In this document: positions 52,538 to 64,000 of the stretch, in pieces
Layout: every line of letters starts with the position of its first letter
Position numbering within the stretch: position 1 is the stretch's first letter
Origin: Macrostomum hystrix
Lineage: Eukaryota > Animalia > Platyhelminthes
Direction of reading: 5' to 3'
DNA length: 64,000 nucleotides
Assembly: GCA_950097015.1 (NCBI GenBank)
Contig: CATNEN010000001.1
Coordinates: 7,750,001-7,814,000, forward strand
Program-made: the position numbers and the translations under genes
Notes under the pieces: model-generated
The model's input: only the letters and a program-made list of their open reading frames with translations
Database searches by the model: none
Told to the model about the DNA's origin: nothing

Positions 52538-55500
52538 ATGGAATGCCCAGTTTGTGGCACCCTTCTGCCATTAGACGAGCGCTCAAATCTGCATGTTGAA
52601 GCACATTTTTCTAGTGCATCCCATTCCACCACATCAGCTGCATCCACCTATTCCATTGATGATTTATCGACTAGTCAAGGCGCATGCGCTAGCAATCTCA
52701 GCAATGACTCAGGACGTTTAGGATTTGCAAAGAGTAGAGCATTGTTTGGAGGTGAGTTATAAGTATATTTACTGTGAGAAATATTCCTGATCTATTATTC
52801 ACTGATCAAAATCGAAACTAGACTGATCTAAAACCAATCTAGACTGATCTAAAACCAATCTAGACTGATCTAAAGCCAATCTAGACTGATCTAAAACCAA
52901 TCTAGACTGATCTAAATCCAATCTAGACTGATATAAAACCAATCTAGACTGATCTAAAACCAATCTAGACTGATCTAAAACCAATCTAGACTGATCTAAA
53001 ACCAATCTAGACTGATCTAAAGCCAAACTAGACTGATCTAAATCCAAACTAGACTGATCTAAATCCAATCTAGACTGATCTAAATCCAATCTAGACTGAT
53101 CTAAATCCAAACTAGACTGATCTAAATCCAATCTAGACTGATCTAAAACCAATCTAGACTGATCTAAAACCAATCTAGACTGATCTAAAACCAATCTAGA
53201 CTGATCTAAAGCCAATCTAGACTGATATAAAACCAATCTAGACTGATCTAAATCCAATCTAGACTGATCTAAAACCAATTTAGACTGATCTAAAACCAAT
53301 CTAGACTGATCTAAAACCAATCTAGACTGATCTAAAACCAATCTAGACTGATCTAAATCCAAACTAGACTGATATAAAACCAATCTAGACTGATCTAAAA
53401 CCAATCTAGACTGATCTAAAACCAATCTAGACTGATCTAAAACCAATCTAGACTGATCTAAAGCCAATCTAGACTGATATAAAACCAATCTGGACTGATC
53501 TAAATCCAATCTAGACTGATCTAAAACCAATTTAGACTGATCTAAAACCAATCTAGACTGATCTAAAACCAATCTAGACTGATCTAAAACCAATCTAGAC
53601 TGATCTAAATCCAATCTAGACTGATCTAAAACCAATCTAGACTGATCTAAAACCAATCTAGACTGATCTAAAACCAATTTAGACTGATCTAAAACCAATC
53701 TAGACTGATCTAAAACCAATCTAGACTGATCTAAAACCAATCTAGACTGATCTAAAATCAATCTAGACTGATCTAAAGCCAAACTAGACTGATCTAAATC
53801 CAAACTAGACTGATCTAAATCCAATCTAGACTGATCTAAATCCAATCTAGACTGATCTAAATCCAATCTAGACTGATCTAAATCCAATCTAGACTGATCT
53901 AAATCCAAACTAGACTGATCTAAATCCAATCTAGACTGATCTAAATCCAATCTAGACTGATCTAAAACCAATTTAGACTGATCTAAAGCCAAACTAGACT
54001 GATATAAAACCAATCTAGACTGATCTAAAACCAATATGTACTGATCTAAAACCAATTTAGACTGATCTAAAACCAATCTAGACTGATCTAAAACCAATCT
54101 AGACTGATCTAAAACCAATCTAGACTGATCTAAATCCAATCTAGACTGATCTAAAACAATCTAGACTGATCTAAAACCAATCTAGACTGATCTAAAACCA
54201 ATCTAGACTGATCTAAAACCAATCTAGACTGATCTAAAGCCAAACTAGACTGATCTAAATCCAAACTAGACTGATCTAAATCCAATCTAGACTGATCTAA
54301 ATCCAATCTAGACTGATCTAAATCCAATCTAGACTGATCTAAATCCAATCTAGACTGATCTAAATCCAATCTAGACTGATCTAAATCCAATCTAGACCCC
54401 AAATAAAACCTATTGTCTACAAATAGTTAAACAAACTTAAATTAATTAGCCACTGGGAGCAGTTCCACTAGTCGCATGATGAGCGGAGGATGGGATCTGG
54501 ATCACGCCGCCGCAGCAGCAGCCATGGAAGCCTCTGATGCGGCTATGGCAAGACAATTGCAACGCGAAGAGGACGCCAGATTAGCTGCCAGAGAAGCGGA
54601 ACAGCTGAGAGAGATGTACGGCCTTACTGGCGTGTCTAGCGACCAGCAGTTGCAACGGGCCCTAGACAATGCCGTCGAGCGAGGCAGCATGGGGGTGGCT
54701 GATGTCTACGAGATTCAAAGATTGAAACGTTCGGCTAACCGTGTTGGCTACGACGATGGACTATCTAGGACTCCGGGACTAGCTCCAGCTCTGCAGGTTT
54801 GTACAGCTTGCTCTCTTGGTTTTTAATGTGCTTCTGTGTCATTTATGTGCGATTATGTGTTTTTTATGTGTACTAGGTCTGTTTTATGTGTACTAAGTCA
54901 GTTTTATGTGTACTAAGTCTGATTTATGTGTACTAAGTCTGATTTATGTGTACTAAGTCAGCTTTATGTGTGCTGAAGTCTGTTTTATGTGTACTTAAGT
55001 CAGCTTTATGTGTACTAAGTCTGTTTTATGTGTACTAAGTTTGTTTTATGTGTACTAAGTCTGTTTCATGTGTACTTAGTCTGTTTTATGTGTACTAAGT
55101 CTGTTTTATGTGTACTAAGTCTGTTTTATGTGTACTAAGTCTGTTTCATGTGTACTAAGTCTGTTTTATGTGTACTAAGTTTGTTTTATGTGTACTAAGT
55201 CTGTTTCATGTGTACTTAGTCTGTTTTATGTGTACTAAGTCTGTTTTATGTGTACTTAGTCTGTTTTATGTGTACTTAGTCTGTTTCATGTGTGCTTGTT
55301 TTGTCTTATGTGGTTTAATGTAATTTTATGTACTTTTGTCTGATTTGCGTGTGCTAAAGTCAGTTTTTAGGCGTCCCAATGTCAGTTTTATGTGGGCTTG
55401 TGTGCTAACTTAGTTCTTTTTTGCGCTCACATTCCAGGCTTGGTATTCCAAGCAGCGTTTCACAGTGTCGGAAGACAGCATCACGAATGTGCTCTGGTGC

Positions 55501-56570
55501 CGGCCGACCGCCGATCAGTTCAGCTCCCATCTAGAAGATCGCGGCTGGGGCTGCGGTTATCGCAATCTGCAAATGCTTCTTAGTTCAATGTGTCGCGAGC
55601 CGGCCTTCCTAGCCCTGGTATTTAACGGCGTGCCGCAGGTGCCTAGCGTTAGAAAATTGCAACAGCTGATTGAGGACGCGTGGTCGGCCGGCTTCGATCC
55701 GGTTGGACGAGATCAACTGGGCGGCCGGCTTGTTAATACGAGGAAATGGATTGGCACCACTGAGGCATTCGCAGTTCTCAGCTATCTAAGGGTTCGCTGC
55801 CGAGTCTACGACTTTAGAAGGCCGACTGGGCCTGGCGGAACGCATGTGGCCCTGTTTGAAGCTGTTAAGGTAGCCTATGGTATTTTATTGCCGTACTTAA
55901 TCGTGTTTTTAGTATTGGGGATTATCGTGTCTTTATTAGTGGTGATTATCGTGTCTTTATTAGTGGGGATTATCGTATCGTCATTGGTGCGGATTATCGT
56001 GTCTTTATTAGTGGGGATTATCGTATCGTCATTGGTGCGGATTATCGTGTCTTATTTGTTTGGATTTTTGTATCTTTATTAGTGTGGATTATCGTGTCTT
56101 CATCATTGTGGATTATTGTCTTTATTAGTGTAAATTAGTGTGTAATTTACAATCGTGGTTAAAATAGATCTACTATTCCAGTCAACAAGTCGTTAGCTAT
56201 TTAGTCCCTAAACGAATTTCTCTCCCACTCCATCTCCTAGGCCTATTACCGCGGTCGCGAGACGGAATGCTCGTTTCCGTTATATCTGCAACACGAAGGT
56301 CACAGTCGAACCATTGTGGGCATGGAGATGCGTCGCAATGGCGATAATCGACTGCTAATATTCGATCCGGCTTGGCGGCCAAACACAGTTGCCAGCTGGT
56401 GTCGCAAGCCTAGCAGCGCTCTGGCATCGGTGCGTTGTCGATTAACTGACCTGCGACAGGCCGAATATCAACTGCTGTGCGTCACCGGTACATTGGGCAG
56501 CGACAATGATTGGATTCGGGCGAAATCAATGCGCGGCGCACTGGTTCGCGTGCCGTCCAATGAAAAATGA
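52538..56570 (+). CDS. ZUP1: Zinc finger ubiquitin peptidase ZUFSP (C78-like deubiquitinase), 4 coding exons
   Basis: Exons 52538-52751, 54450-54796, 55438-55869, 56241-56570; UBZ-like CPVC..HVEAH, MIU-like DAAMARQLQREE, DRGWGCGYRNLQM, WIGTTE, PLYLQHEGHSRTIVG, LLIFDP. Confidence 0.92.
52800..54397. repeat. Minisatellite, 21-bp unit (CTAGACTGATCTAAAACCAAT), ZUP1 intron 1
   Basis: About 75 copies filling the intron. Confidence 0.95.
54825..55300. repeat. Minisatellite, 20-bp unit (TTTTATGTGTACTAAGTCTG), ZUP1 intron 2
   Basis: Tandem copies. Confidence 0.95.
55900..56130. repeat. Minisatellite, 24-bp unit (GGATTATCGTGTCTTTATTAGTGG), ZUP1 intron 3
   Basis: Degenerate tandem copies. Confidence 0.85.
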
Positions 56571-56759
56571 GTGCTTCTTGAAAAGATAAACTTTGAAATT
56601 CAATTAGAATCGACCATATGAATTCTAATTCCATTAAAGTGAGAGTTTTTTTGCTGAACAGTGTCGTCTTGTGATTTTCTTGTTCTTAATCTCTTTGATT
56701 TTAAACCGATTTAGTGGGGCTGTTTTAAATTTTTCTTTTCGTAGCAATTTACTTACCAT

Positions 56760-57160
56760 AATCTCTACCTGGTTGTGGTTACAATGGTTTCTACCTGGTT
56801 ACTATGGTTTCAACCTGGTTGCCATGGTTTCTACCTTGTTACCATGGTCTCTATCTGGTTGCTGTGGTTTCTACCTGGTTGCCATGGTTTCTACCTTGTT
56901 ACCATGGTCTCTATCTGGTTGCCATGGTTTCTACCTGGTTGCCATGGTTTCTACCTTGTTACCATGGTCTCTATCTGGTTGCCATGGTTTCTACTTGGTT
57001 GCTGTGGTTTCTACCTGGTTGCCATTGTTTCTACCTTGTTACCATGGATACCTGGTTGCCATTGTTTCTACCTGGTTGCCATGGTTTCTACCTGGTTACT
57101 ATGGTTTTTACCTGGTTGCCATGGTTTCTACTTGGCTACCATTGTTTGTACCTGACTACC
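56760..57160. repeat. Minisatellite, 20-bp unit (CTACCTGGTTGCCATGGTTT), ZUP1-PNISR spacer
   Basis: Tandem copies with a 60-bp higher-order period. Confidence 0.93.
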
Positions 57161-58037
57161 ATAGTTTCTGTATTTCACATATTTCTGTATTTCACTATGA
57201 GTTTCACATGGTTACCATAGTTACCAAGTGTCTGTCGTTACTAAGATATATTGTGTTTTTTCTTATTTAAAGATACGTTGGTCGTCCTGCTAACTTCAAA
57301 GCATTGACTTGTCTTTTGCGTAGCTTAGTGCTTTCCATTTGAATTTGTATTTTTAAGAATTTGTACTGCAAATCATTCTTTAAGAAATATATTTTTCGAT
57401 GTGTAGACAATTTTGTTGTTAAATGTTTTTAAAGCTTTTATTGTCAAGCAATTCAATGGCTGAAAGAATTTAAGTATTTTCTAATTATTTTTCTAATTTA
57501 TATTTCTTAATTTTACTTTTAAACATCTTGCATATCATTATACTGGTATAGATAACAGAATAATCTCTTGTAAAACTATTTTTCACATTGCCATAATTTT
57601 AGATAGTAGACACTGTTGTAAATATGCGTCATTGCCTACTTATAGTAGAGCTAAAAATAAATGGAAACGTCTGTATTTAAAAAATTCTTTTTTTCGAGCA
57701 CTGTTTTTTATTGTATTTTTTGCAAGAAAAAATATGCATTTTAAGTCCAATGTAAAGTCACTAATAATTATTGAAAACATAACAGGCTCTACACATAATT
57801 AACAAAAAGTCATGTGAAATCATTTGAAAGTATTTTTTATGTATGCCTGCTTTTTTTACATGCTTTAAAATTATTTCCTCAAAGCCTACTTGCAGTCCAA
57901 GAGAAACAATGCGATAAGATGCGTGTTAAAGCTTTTTTTTGTTGTAACACTATGGCGTGTTTGACTAAGTCTATTTTCGCTTTTCACTTGTTTCTGAAGT
58001 ATTTTTATTTAAGTAAAAACTATGTTAAATACATACA

Positions 58038-58636
58038 CAGGCTTAGATATGGCAGTGCCCATGCTGTTAGATATGACAGTGCCCAGGCTGTTAGATATGG
58101 CAGTGCCCAGGCTGTTAGATATGGCAGTGCCCAGGCTGTTAGATATGGCAATGCCCAGGCTGTTAGATATGACAGTGTTCAGGCTGTTAGATATGGCAGT
58201 TCAGGCTGTTAGATATGGCAGTTCATGCTGTTAGATATGGCAGTTCAGGCTGTTAGATATGGCAGTGTTCAGGCTGTTAGATATGGCAGTGTTCAGGCTG
58301 TTAGATATGGCAGTTCAGGCTGTTAGATATGGCAGTTCAGGCTGTTAGATATGGCAGTTCAGGCTGTTAGATATGGCAGTTCAGGCTGTTAGATATGGCA
58401 GTGTTCAGGCTGTTAGATATGGCAGTTCAGGCTGTTAGATATGGCAGTTCAGGCTGTTAGGTATGGCAGTTTAGGCTGTTAGGTATTGCAATTCAGGCTG
58501 TTAGATATGGCAATGTTCAGGCTGTTAGATATGGCAGTGTTCAGGCTGTTAGATATGGCAGTTCAGGCTGTTAGGTATGGCAATTCAGGCTGTTAGATAT
58601 GGCAATGTCCAGGCTGTTACGAGTAGATATGGCAGT
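58038..58636. repeat. Minisatellite, 22-24 bp unit (CAGGCTGTTAGATATGGCAGTT), upstream of PNISR
   Basis: Tandem copies ending ~65 nt before an acceptor at 58704. Confidence 0.95.
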
Positions 58637-58853
58637 TTGTTAAAGTTAATCGTAGGGTTTTAAATCCTAAAGTTTAACTAATTAAACTTTGCTTCATCTT
58701 CTAGATCGCATTGCGATTTTCTGCTGGCCACAAGCAAGCTTAAAAAAATTAGCAACAATCAAATAAGAGAGTCGATAAGATCAACAACTCAAGCAAATTG
58801 ACACTTATTGGCACTAGCAGCAGCAGCCAGCAGCTTATAGCTCACTGCCAGCA

Positions 58854-61800
58854 ATGTGGGCAGCCCAAGCAAACAATCCCAATGGCGCCGGCGGTGCAGT
58901 AGATTGGGCAGAACTGGCTAGACAGTGGGTAAACAGTCAGCAACAGCCGCCGCTTTCTAGTCTGGATTCGGCTATGGATTCTGGCGCTTCCGCTGACCCT
59001 CCACCTCCCGGCATCGAACAGCAGCAGCAGCAGCCGTCCTGGAGTCGTTCCGCTCCCCCGCCACCGCTGCCTCAGCGTCCCAGCCTGCCGCCGCCTTCGT
59101 CTTGGGATCCGACGCAACCTCCGCCTGGTCATCAGCAATGGTTTCAGCCTCACCAGCCTCACCAGCCTCACCAGCCTCACCATCATCATCAGTCTACTTG
59201 GGACCGCGTGGCGCCTCCATCCGTACCGTCTCTGCCGCCACCACCGCCTCCGCCTCAAGCTCAGCAGCATCACCATCACTCGCATCCGTCTGTTCGAAGT
59301 TCCTTAATTCCTCCTCCGACACTTCATCAGCATCAGAATCATCATCATCATAAGCAGCTGCCACCGCCGCCGCCTCCTCCTCCGCCACCGCCGCCGCCGC
59401 TATCGTCGGCGCAGCCGCCACCGAATCGCGATCTGCCCGCTTGGCTGCGCGATGGATTGAAAAAAACTGGCCATTTAAAAGTTATGGAACAGCTGCAGAA
59501 TCAACAATTCGCTACTGTTAGTAGTCATGCTACTGAACAATATGCGGGCAATGCAAGTCCAAATGCTGGCTTTGATGTTCAGCAATCTGCTACGCATAGA
59601 GTTCAACCACCTGTTGACCACGAATCGACTACTCATCGCCGTCATTTGCCGCATCCGGACGACTTTGTGAGTGTCGTCTTTTCTTAGAAATCACTTTCCC
59701 GTTTCTCTATTTAAGGCGGCAACTCTACCAGATTATCAGTTTAAGTCTACCGTTTAACCAGATCCTCAGCTTCAGTCTTCCGTTCTCCCAGATCCTCAGT
59801 TTGAGTCTACCATTCTCCCAGATCCTCAGTTTGAGTCTACCATTCTCCCAGATCCTCAGTTTGAGTCTACCATTCTCCCAGATCCTCAGTTTGAGTCTAC
59901 CATTCTGCCAGATCCTCAGTTTGAGTCTACCATTCTCCCACATCCTCAGTTTGAGTCTAGCATTCTCCCAGATCCTCAGTTTGAGTCTACCATTCTCCCA
60001 GATCCTCAGTTTGAGTCTACCATTCTCCCAGATCCTCAGTTTGAGTCTACCATTCTCCCAGATCCTCAGTTTGAGTCTACCATTCTGCCAGATCCTCAGT
60101 TTGAGTCTACCATTCTCCCACATCCTCAGTTTGAGTCTAGCGTTCTCCCAGATCCTCAGTTTGAGTCTAGCATTCTCCCACATCCTCAGTTTGAGTCTAG
60201 CATTCTCCCAGATCCTCAGTTTGAGTCTACCATTCTCCCAGATCCTCAGTTTGAGTCTACCATTCTCCCACATCCTCAGTTTGAGTCTAGCATTCTCCCA
60301 GATCCTCAGTTTGAGTCTAGCATTCTCCCAGATCCTCAGTTTGAGTCTACCATTCTCCCAGATCCTCAGTTTGAGCTACCATTCATCCCAGATCCTCAGT
60401 TTGAGCTACCATTCATCCCAGATCCTCAGTTTGAGCTACCATTCATCCCAGATCCTCAGTTTGAGCTACCATTCTCCCACATCCTCAGTTTGAGTCTACC
60501 ATTCTCCCAGATCCTCAGTTTGAGTCTACCATTCTCCCAGATCCTCAGTTTGAGTCTACCATTCTCCCAGATCCTCAGTTTGAGTCTACCATTCTCCCAC
60601 ATCCTCAGTTTGAGTCTACCATTCTCCCACATCCTCAGTTTGAGTCTAGCATTCTCCCAGATCCTCAGTTTGAGTCTAGCATTCTCCCACATCCTCAGTT
60701 TGAGTCTAGCATTCTCCCAGATCCTCAGTTTGAGTCTACCATTCTCCCAGATCCTCAGTTTGAGTCTAGCATTCATCCCAGATCCTCAGTTTGAGCTACC
60801 ATTCTCCCAGATCCTCAGTTTGAGTCTAGCATTCTCCCACATCCTCAGTTTGAGTCTAGCATTCTCCCACATCCTCAGTTTGAGTCTACCATTCTCCCAC
60901 ATCCTCAGTTTGAGTCTACCATTCTCCCAGATCCTCAGTTTGAGTCTACCATTCTCCCAGATCCTCAGTTTGAGTCTACCATTCTCCCACATCCTCAGTT
61001 TGAGTCTAGCATTCTCCCAGATCCTCAGTTTGAGTCTAGCATTCTCCCACATCCTCAGTTTGAGTCTACCATTCTCCCAGATCCTCAGTTTGAGTCTAGC
61101 ATTCTCCCAGATCCTCAGTTTGAGTCTAGCATTCTCCCAGATCCTCAGTTTGAGTCTAGCATTCTCCCACATCCTCAGTTTGAGTCTAGCATTCTCCCAC
61201 ATCCTCAGTTTGAGTCTACCATTCTCCTCTATGATTTCATAACCTCTAGGATCTCATAATCCCATCTGATTTCATAATCCCTCTGATTTCATAATCCCTC
61301 TGATTTCATAATCCCTGTGATTTCATAATCCCATCTGATTTCATAATCCCTCTGATTTCATAATCCCTCTGATTTCATAATCCCTCTGATCTCATAATCC
61401 CTCTGATTTCATAATCCCTCTGTATTCCCCCACTCTATAATCCTCCCCTATTTAAGAAAATCCTGTCAATTTTCTTACCTTAAATTTTTATCTTTTCAAT
61501 TCCATTACCCAGTATAAAATCAATTTTTATCAATATCACTCCTTTGTCGTTTTATCTGCTTAAGGTTGAAGAAGATGGCGACGACTCACCTCAAACTGAG
61601 GACAGATCGAATCACCATCCCCCACCTGTGTCGCCAGTAGAACAGCAAAAAAATTATCTCAACGATAGAAGCGACAGGCAGGTGCATAGCCAATTCAGCG
61701 ACAATGAAGACAGTGACAACAGCGACGCAAAGTTTGACTCGAAAGAATCAAAGCGTTCTGCTCAAATTCTTGAAGCCGAGACAAAAACTGTGCTCACCAA

Positions 61801-63682
61801 CACTGGAGAACTGCAGCTCAAGGTCACCCCGCTGATTAGGGCGCATCCGGCTATCGCTAGACTGCCATCGCCCAAGCTATCCAAGCAGCAAATCGACGAG
61901 ATCTTGGTGCGTATATATCAGAGATCCTACTAGTGTAGTTATTCCCACCGCAGGTTCTTAGGCATCACGCCTTCACATCCGTTTGGCTCTCCAAGACCTC
62001 TAGTACTAGGGTCGGAGATGCATGAGACAGGGTGAGATAAGATACGATGGAGATAAGACTGTAGGGAGATAAGACAGTGGAGAGATGAGACAAGTGGAGA
62101 GATGAGAAAGTGGAGAGAGGAGACAGTGGAGAGATGAGACAGTGGAGAGATGAGACAGTGGAGAGATGAGACAGTGGAGAGATGAGACAAGGGAGAGATG
62201 AGACAGTGGAGAGATGAGAAAGTGGAGAGATCAGACAGAGGAGAGATGAGACTAGGGAGAGATGAGACAGTGGAGAGAGGAGACAGAGGAGAGATGAGAC
62301 AGTGGAGAGATGAGACAAGGGAGAGATCAGACAGAGGAGAGATGAGACAGTGGAGAGATGAGACAAGGGAGAGATCAGACAGAGGAGAGATGAGACAGTG
62401 GAGAGATGAGACAAGTGGAGAGATCAGACAGAGGAGAGATGAGACAGTGGAGAGAGGAGACAGAGGAGAGATGAGACAGTGGAGAGATGAGACCAGGGAG
62501 AGACAAAACAGGCTGAAGACTAGACATGAGGGGAATAAGACAGGGTGATGAGTGAAGGGAGATCAGACACAGCAGATATTATATAGGGGATTTGATAAAA
62601 CCAAAGCGAGAAGTGACAGGGTCTTGATAATAAGGACCAGTAAGTATTATTATAGAGTGCGGTATACGCTAATTAATAGTTTGTTGTTGAGACTTCATAG
62701 TGAAATTGGACATTAATTACAATTGATCAACATTCTCTTGTCTGCTTTTATAAAACCCGAATTTAACCCATCGAGTGTCTGTAAAAAAGTCGCATTAGGA
62801 TTTTCAAGCGATTCCCGCCAGCTTTAAACGCAGCTAACAAAGCCTAATAAATTATAGTTGGCTAAGCTCAAAGAGCTAATGACTGAGACACTGCTGGAGG
62901 TAACAACAAGCTTGATGACGGAGGTAGCCAACGAGGTTCTCAATAAATCTACGAAACGGCGCCAGCAAGGTCAGAAATGTTCCTTTCTTATTTGTTTTGC
63001 TGATGATTTGAAATTAATTTTTCAAAGAAACAATTTCTAACAACGATATCGTCGCCATATAGTTATACATTATGCCCCCTACTAAGTGTTTCTGGTCTTC
63101 CATTTAATAATATTCAAATATTTTTGTGTGCATTTTTTCCAGGCCTTGCGACTTGCTGCACTTTTATTTTGTATATTATCCTCACATATATTAGATTGTC
63201 TCTAGCCTAGTGATAAGAGCTTAGAGCTTTTGACCAAGAGGTCCGAAGTTCGAATCTCATTCCTAGATAAACTATTATATATTTGAGTAGGACACTTGAG
63301 TTTATCTAGTAAACAGTTAAGAAATGGTTAAGATGTATCATTAGCTATGTTAGAAATTGTAGCTGTGTGTCTGCCTCGCCAGTCCATGGACTGAACAGCT
63401 ACGCCACAGGCTGTGCATCTGACCCAGACGGGCTGGGTCTAATTCTCTATTATTATAATCGATTTGTCCTTTGTCTAGCAATCATAAAAATTTTGTTTCA
63501 CTAAAAAGTAAGTATGTCTTCTTTTCCACTCTGGTCTTCTGTCTGTTGCTTCTGAAAGCAAAAAAACAAAGTCAATGTTACTTTAATTTTTTCAAAAGCG
63601 CATCCTAATTTTGCAACAGCAGCAACAGCAGCAGCATTGGTGCCAGGCTATTATAGCAAAGCTGCCAATCGACCCAAACTTG
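58854..63682 (+). CDS. PNISR: PNN-interacting serine/arginine-rich protein (SFRS18), 5' part; continues off the right edge
   Basis: Exons 58854-59666, 61565-61906, 62858-62969, 63620-63682; VDWAELARQW, Pro-rich tract, LPAWLRDGL, LMTETLLEVT. Confidence 0.82.
59725..61228. repeat. Minisatellite, 30-bp unit (GATCCTCAGTTTGAGTCTACCATTCTCCCA), PNISR intron 1
   Basis: About 50 highly homogeneous copies. Confidence 0.95.
61230..61422. repeat. Minisatellite, 17-bp unit (TCTGATTTCATAATCCC), abutting the 30-bp array
   Basis: About ten copies. Confidence 0.9.
62020..62500. repeat. Purine-rich minisatellite, 16-bp unit (GAGACAGTGGAGAGAT), PNISR intron 2
   Basis: Tandem copies. Confidence 0.93.
63195..63460 (+). 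mobile_element. Most complete SINE family B copy, PNISR intron 3
   Basis: tRNA-like head (TAGCCTAGTG, GTTCGAATC), CAGTCCATGGACTG, 3' hairpins, (TAT)n tail. Confidence 0.65.
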
Positions 63683-63909
63683 GTAAGTGTTCGTTGAATT
63701 CATTCAAGCTCTTTGTGTTTTATCAGTCTTTGTTGGATCTTCGCATTGGGTTTTTAAGCTTTGCATTTAAAAGCTTTGAAAAATATATTTCTTGATTTCG
63801 TGTTTTTTCAAACTAACAGATATTTGGCATTGCAAATTTATTATGTCCACTTTATTTCGCTTAATTGTATAAAATATAACTATTTCTTGTCCTTTAAAAT
63901 GTCTAATCC

Positions 63910-64000
63910 CAGGGATTAGAATGCCTTATTCGATCCGAAGGATTAGTATCCTTAATCCTAAGGATTAGTATCCTTAATCCGAAGGATTAGTATCCTTAAT
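63910..64000. repeat. Start of a 22-bp minisatellite (GGATTAGTATCCTTAATCCGAA), PNISR intron 4
   Basis: Three to four copies to the window end. Confidence 0.85.

Noticed and set aside
52799-54402. Leucine-zipper or LRR-looking (LDQSRLV)n ORF; likewise ORFs at 16572, 18615, 25611, 31186-32630, 56671, 59725-61242, 61965
   Set aside because: All are translations of intronic or spacer minisatellites
55866-56250. Short direct repeats at intron ends (e.g. GCCTAT) as introner signatures
   Set aside because: Very short, mostly explained by the AG|G consensus, and not consistent across introns
6603-61228. Arrays as CRISPR loci
   Set aside because: Head-to-tail repeats without unique spacers, no cas genes, eukaryotic context

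Overview
Eukaryotic (animal) genomic DNA, not prokaryotic: GT-AG spliced genes, DNA transposons, retroelements and about 22 different minisatellite arrays. The style (conserved genes whose introns are filled by intron-specific 16-38 bp tandem repeats) resembles a free-living flatworm such as Macrostomum, but that assignment is inference only. I reconstructed by hand SWEET/SLC50A1 and TRAPPC9 (+); PPP1R15/GADD34-like, MIPEP and SETD8/KMT5A (-); ZUP1/ZUFSP and PNISR (+); a secreted PAN + fucolectin gene and a damaged paralogue (-); and the first coding exon of a probable type II membrane protein (-). Mobile DNA: two mariner relics, a Harbinger relic, a Helitron carrying a hAT MITE, a solo LTR, a THAP/P-element relic, two LINE 3' fragments and two tRNA-derived SINE families. 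Most long ORFs in the supplied track are read-throughs of minisatellites. The most interesting signal is a repeated architecture. Conserved genes sit in same-strand, operon-like clusters. Only the first gene of each cluster is preceded by a small CpG cluster followed by a 1-2 kb CpG desert rich in TAGGCCTA. Downstream of that zone nearly every intron and spacer carries its own private minisatellite. Coordinates were counted by eye and array ends are approximate.
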